This document shows, one piece after another, positions 60,092-64,000 of a stretch of DNA of 64,000 nt. The translations under genes were made by a program, and so were the position numbers. Position 1 is the stretch's first letter. Each line of letters starts with the position of its first letter. The stretch lies in the NCBI GenBank assembly GCA_030167865.1, contig JALAGF010002141.1, positions 1 to 64,000 of the forward strand. Direction: 5' to 3'. Below the pieces are notes generated by a model that was not told where the DNA came from, searched no databases, and worked only from the letters and a program-made list of their open reading frames with translations. Origin of the DNA: Craspedostauros australis. Its lineage: Eukaryota.

Positions 60092-63000
60092 ATGTCCCGC
60101 AGCGACACCTCGAAGTTCCCGTTCGTGGTGGATTATGCGAAGAGCGGCAGGTCCACATGCAACACCGCCAAGCGCCCCATCCCCAAGGGAGCGTTGCGGA
60201 TTGGGGTGATGGTGAAGAGCCCTCACTTCGACGGCTTCCAACCCAACTGGAGCAGGGCCAGCACCTTCTTCGGTTCCGGCAAGAAGATCGGAAAGAAGCC
60301 CGGCTCAACGGATGAGATTGGAGGATTCGACGATCTGCGCCCCAAGGATCAGGCCCAGGTAGAGGAGTACATCGTTAAGTACGCGCCCGATCAGGAACGC
60401 AAGGACCCCAACGAGATCGCCGAAGTCAAGAAGGTGCGCGATCAAGCGGAGCTGGTTTGGAAGCTTCGCGATTGCACCACCAACAAGCCCACCGCAATCG
60501 CCGTCAAGATCGTCAAGACCATCCTCGAAGCCAACGACATCCCTGCATCCAAGGGCATCAGCCCGGTGGATTTGATCCGCATGCTGGCGGAGGCCATCGT
60601 ATTCGGCGTCGCAACGCCAGGCAACAAGGAGGAAGGGTGCTGCGCAAGCCGTCCGCTGCGCTTCTCGACCTACTACTGCAGGTACGTCTGCCAGGCCACT
60701 TTGGAATGGGGACAGTGTCCCTACAGCCAGGCCGTGGATGACACCACCTGCTCTCCCATCGAGATCCCTGAAGAAGTCAAGACGAAGCAAGCCAAGTGGT
60801 ACAAGGCCATCAAGAAGGTGTTGGAGATGAAGGATGATGACGACTCCTTCGCTCCTCAGAAGCGCCTCTTCCTCGCCAAGAAGAATCTGCCCACACCGCC
60901 GCACGTGGAGCAGAAGGACAAGAAGCCCAAGGGCGTCACTGCCACGCCCAAGCAGGTCCGCGTGGGCGCCTCCAAGCTGCATTTGAGCAGAGCCCGCCTC
61001 GACCCTGAATCGGGGCTGGACAGCGGCTACCACGTCCTCGACGAAGCCTACACGATGATGAAGGGCAAGAAGGCCGCAGGAGACTCCGGGCGTCCGGATC
61101 CCAAGGAATCGTTCCCAGTCGAGCTCTACGATGCCATCCTGTGCCGCACGGATCTATCGACGGGAACGAACTCGCAGTACAAGTTGCAGATCCTGGTGCC
61201 AGACGGTCAGGCGAGGCCTGGCCACTGCTACCTGTGGCGCGTGTGGGGTCGCGTTGGAGGCACTGGCGGAGGTGGCAACAAGCTTGAGAAATTCAACACG
61301 CTCAAGCAGGCCAAGCAAGAGTTCTGCGAGCTGTACGAGAAACGCACAGGAAACGAGTGGAAGGACCGTAAATCTTTCGTGAAGCATCCTGGCAAGTTCT
61401 TCCAGCTGGAGATCTCACACGGAGAAGAGGACAAGAAGGCCGGCAGCGCGGATGGCAGCAGCATCGTGATCGGCGATCCCAATTCCAAGCTGCCACGTCG
61501 TCTGCACCCCGTCATTGCTTCCATCTTCGACAAGAACATCGCGGCGCAACAGCTGCTGCGGGTCAACTTCGACGCGTCCAAGATGCCGTTGGGCAACATG
61601 ACCGAAGCGCAGTTGCGCGATGCCTACTCCGTCCTCACGAAGATCGAGAAGATCCTGAATCCGCAGCAAGCAACTGCAGCCGCATCCACAGCAAGTGCAA
61701 ACGCGAGTACAAGCGGAAGCGGAAGCGCAGCCGCTCCGAGCAGCCCCACGTCGGATGCCATGAAGAAGGGCAAGCTGCAGCAGCTGTCAAATCAGTTCTA
61801 CTCCAAGTGCCCCAGCACGGACCCCAAGATGATCGACACCATGTCAGTGCTCAAGGAGAAGGTCGAGATGGTGGACGAGCTGATCAACTTGCAAGCATCC
61901 AACAAAGTGATGAAGGACGACGTCAAGCACGATGACGTGAAGTCGCCGATGGATGAGGCCTACGAGAAGCTCAACACGAAGCTGGCACCCATGGATCCGC
62001 ACGGCAAGGAGTACGCGATGCTGAAGAAGTACGTGGAGAACACGAGGAACGCGACCGCCGAAGGCGTCAGCGGTTGGGGTGGCAACGACTGGGGAAGTCG
62101 CGGCCTGCGCTTGCTGGACGTTTTCGAGGTGGAACGCGAGGGAGAGGCGCCAAGATTCGAATCGTCCAAGGCGCTTGGCAACAGACGGTTGCTCTGGCAC
62201 GGAAGCCGCATCAGTAACTACAGCGGTATCCTCAGCCAAGGATTGCGCATCGCGCCACCGGAGGCACCTGTGAGTGGTTACAGGTTCGGCAAGGGTATCT
62301 ACTTCGCCGATATGCTCGGCAAGAGCGCGAACTATTGCCGCACCAACGGATCGTCCGAGATGCTCGTGATGGCGTGCGACGTCAGTTTGGGCAAGGCATT
62401 CGAGACTCCCCATGATATGTACATGGACAAACCGCAGAAGGGCACCAACTCCACTCACGCATTGTCCGAAATCATCCCAGACCCAGACACCTATGAAGAG
62501 ATCCAAGATGACCCCAAGGAAGACAACACGATGGACGATACCAATATGGTGAAGGTCCCGTTGGGGAAACCCATCAAGTCCTCCCTTGCGTCGCAACCGA
62601 GCTGCGATGTGAGCGAATTCATCGTGTACGACATCGGCCAAGTCAACATTCGGTACCTCTTGCGTCTGACAACGAGCGATGAAACTGTCGCAGCAGACGA
62701 TGCAGAAGCCGAAGACGAGGTGGAGAACGAAGCCGACGCCAAAGCCAAACCCGCCAGTGACGCCAACGACGACAATGGTGACGACGCAAAGCCTGCTGCG
62801 AAGAAATCGCCGCCGAAACCATCAACAAAAGTACCTGCAACCGCAACCGCCACTTCCACCCCCATTGCTGCCAAGGCTGCGCCTGCGCCTTCTCCCAAGC
62901 GGAAGCGTGCACCCAAGAAACCAAAAGCAGCTGCTGCGGCTGCAGCGCCCAAGTCGCCCACTAAAAGCGGCGGCGCCAAGAGCAAAGCGAAGCCCGCAAG

Positions 63001-64000
63001 CAAGCGCGCCAAAATGGCCCACGTGCCTGCAACCGCTTCTGCTCCTGCATCGGCCAAAAGCTCCATGAGCAAGTCTTCCACCACTAAGGCCTCCACCACC
63101 GCCAAGAGCCCCACCGCCAAAAGCTCCAACGCCAAGACCCCCAAGAAGGCAGTGACACCTCCTTCATTCATCGCACTGGAGAAGGAAGACACTTCCGTGC
63201 CATCGCTCTCAGGCGAGAAAGTGATCGAAAGCCTGACATTTGAAGGTGGTCTGCGCATCACGCTTGTCAAGGGTGACGTCGTGGAGTCCAAGACTGATGC
63301 AATTGCTGTATCATGCGATGACAAGCTGCAGCCATTGGGTGCAATTGGTACACGTGTGAAGGCGGCAGCTGGGCCCGACTTTGTGGCCGAGATTGATGCG
63401 CTGGTGCCTCCACCACCTAGTCCAACCGTGGCACCAGTCGTCGTCAGAACCAGCCCTCCCGACACCAAGCTCCCAGCCAACTTCAAGAGGATCTACAGCG
63501 GCCCAACCGCAGACACAATCCGCAATGTCATCATGGATGCTGACGAAGAGTGGGAGGATATGTTCTACCTCGTCGAGCAGACGGAGAAGTTGTCTTCCAA
63601 CGACGAAATCGTTTGCATCGAAGCCGATGGCACCTTCCGCAAGGGCGAGGAGGCGAGGAAGTTGCTGGGAGTCGGACATAAGCGCAACGAACACATCACC
63701 ATGAAGCAAATCCCAACAGGCGCGGAAGTGTACGTCCAAAGCAGCCCGCATCGGCGCATCAAGCCGCGCACGCCAATCCTTTTGGAACAGCTGATGCCCA
63801 TGTCAGATGATGAAGATGACGCTGCTGCTGCTGCTACCACCGCCACTCCTGCTGATGCTAGCACAGCTCCAGCCGTGGCGCCTGCGGTCGCAACCGCATC
63901 TGCGCCTGCATCTGCAGCACCACCGAAAACAACCGCGGCGTCCAAACCAGCAGCTCCCGCCAAGCCACTTGATTTGAAGATGACAGACGTCCACGCACTG
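60092..64000 (+). CDS. PARP1-like poly(ADP-ribose) polymerase with C-terminal basic linker and macrodomain, 3' partial (at least 1303 aa)
   Basis: Own translation; no stop before the window end. zf-PARP-like VDYAKSGRSTC...SPHFDG, PADR1, WGR (61244), regulatory domain KMPLG..LSNQFYS. Catalytic LLWHGS (His 62198), GIYFAD (Tyr 62300) and SEFIVY (Glu 62615). Then a K/A/P linker and macro-like ITLVKGDVVESKTDAIAV. Confidence 0.93.
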   Translation, partial: MSRSDTSKFPFVVDYAKSGRSTCNTAKRPIPKGALRIGVMVKSPHFDGFQPNWSRASTFFGSGKKIGKKPGSTDEIGGFDDLRPKDQAQVEEYIVKYAPDQERKDPNEIAEVKKVRDQAELVWKLRDCTTNKPTAIAVKIVKTILEANDIPASKGISPVDLIRMLAEAIVFGVATPGNKEEGCCASRPLRFSTYYCRYVCQATLEWGQCPYSQAVDDTTCSPIEIPEEVKTKQAKWYKAIKKVLEMKDDDDSFAPQKRLFLAKKNLPTPPHVEQKDKKPKGVTATPKQVRVGASKLHLSRARLDPESGLDSGYHVLDEAYTMMKGKKAAGDSGRPDPKESFPVELYDAILCRTDLSTGTNSQYKLQILVPDGQARPGHCYLWRVWGRVGGTGGGGNKLEKFNTLKQAKQEFCELYEKRTGNEWKDRKSFVKHPGKFFQLEISHGEEDKKAGSADGSSIVIGDPNSKLPRRLHPVIASIFDKNIAAQQLLRVNFDASKMPLGNMTEAQLRDAYSVLTKIEKILNPQQATAAASTASANASTSGSGSAAAPSSPTSDAMKKGKLQQLSNQFYSKCPSTDPKMIDTMSVLKEKVEMVDELINLQASNKVMKDDVKHDDVKSPMDEAYEKLNTKLAPMDPHGKEYAMLKKYVENTRNATAEGVSGWGGNDWGSRGLRLLDVFEVEREGEAPRFESSKALGNRRLLWHGSRISNYSGILSQGLRIAPPEAPVSGYRFGKGIYFADMLGKSANYCRTNGSSEMLVMACDVSLGKAFETPHDMYMDKPQKGTNSTHALSEIIPDPDTYEEIQDDPKEDNTMDDTNMVKVPLGKPIKSSLASQPSCDVSEFIVYDIGQVNIRYLLRLTTSDETVAADDAEAEDEVENEADAKAKPASDANDDNGDDAKPAAKKSPPKPSTKVPATATATSTPIAAKAAPAPSPKRKRAPKKPKAAAAAAAPKSPTKSGGAKSKAKPASKRAKMAHVPATASAPASAKSSMSKSSTTKASTTAKSPTAKSSNAKTPKKAVTPPSFIALEKEDTSVPSLSGEKVIESLTFEGGLRITLVKGDVVESKTDAIAVSCDDKLQPLGAIGTRVKAAAGPDFVAEIDALVPPPPSPTVAPVVVRTSPPDTKLPANFKRIYSGPTADTIRNVIMDADEEWEDMFYLVEQTEKLSSNDEIVCIEADGTFRKGEEARKLLGVGHKRNEHITMKQIPTGAEVYVQSSPHRRIKPRTPILLEQLMPMSDDEDDAAAAATTATPADASTAPAVAPAVATASAPASAAPPKTTAASKPAAPAKPLDLKMTDVHAL

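Overview
Gene-dense eukaryotic nuclear DNA, almost certainly from a diatom. The window opens with the 3' end of a silicon transporter (SIT), several genes carry signal or bipartite targeting peptides, and introns are GT-AG and about 190-980 nt. About 18 protein-coding genes can be reconstructed by splicing ORF fragments: SIT (partial), an SDR, a large disordered protein, a TrmB-like methyltransferase, a cyclophilin-like membrane protein, THOC2, a hypothetical protein, a syntaxin, a long-chain acyl-CoA synthetase, a Pho88/SND3-ankyrin fusion, alanine aminotransferase, PIP5K, an S41 C-terminal protease, a 4-TM protein, a glyoxalase-like protein with acidic tails, N-acetylglutamate synthase, PP4R3/SMEK and a PARP1-like gene. 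The PARP is absent from the supplied ORF track because its frame (from 60092) runs off the window. It is the most unusual gene here. Its zinc finger has lost three of four Zn ligands, and its intact H-Y-E catalytic domain is not C-terminal. That domain is followed by an H1-like basic linker and a macrodomain that appears split by an inserted domain. A cryptic signal-peptide exon about 1 kb upstream of the AlaAT gene suggests dual targeting. No RNA genes, CRISPR arrays or intact mobile elements were recognised. All family assignments are by motif recognition from memory; no database searches were run.
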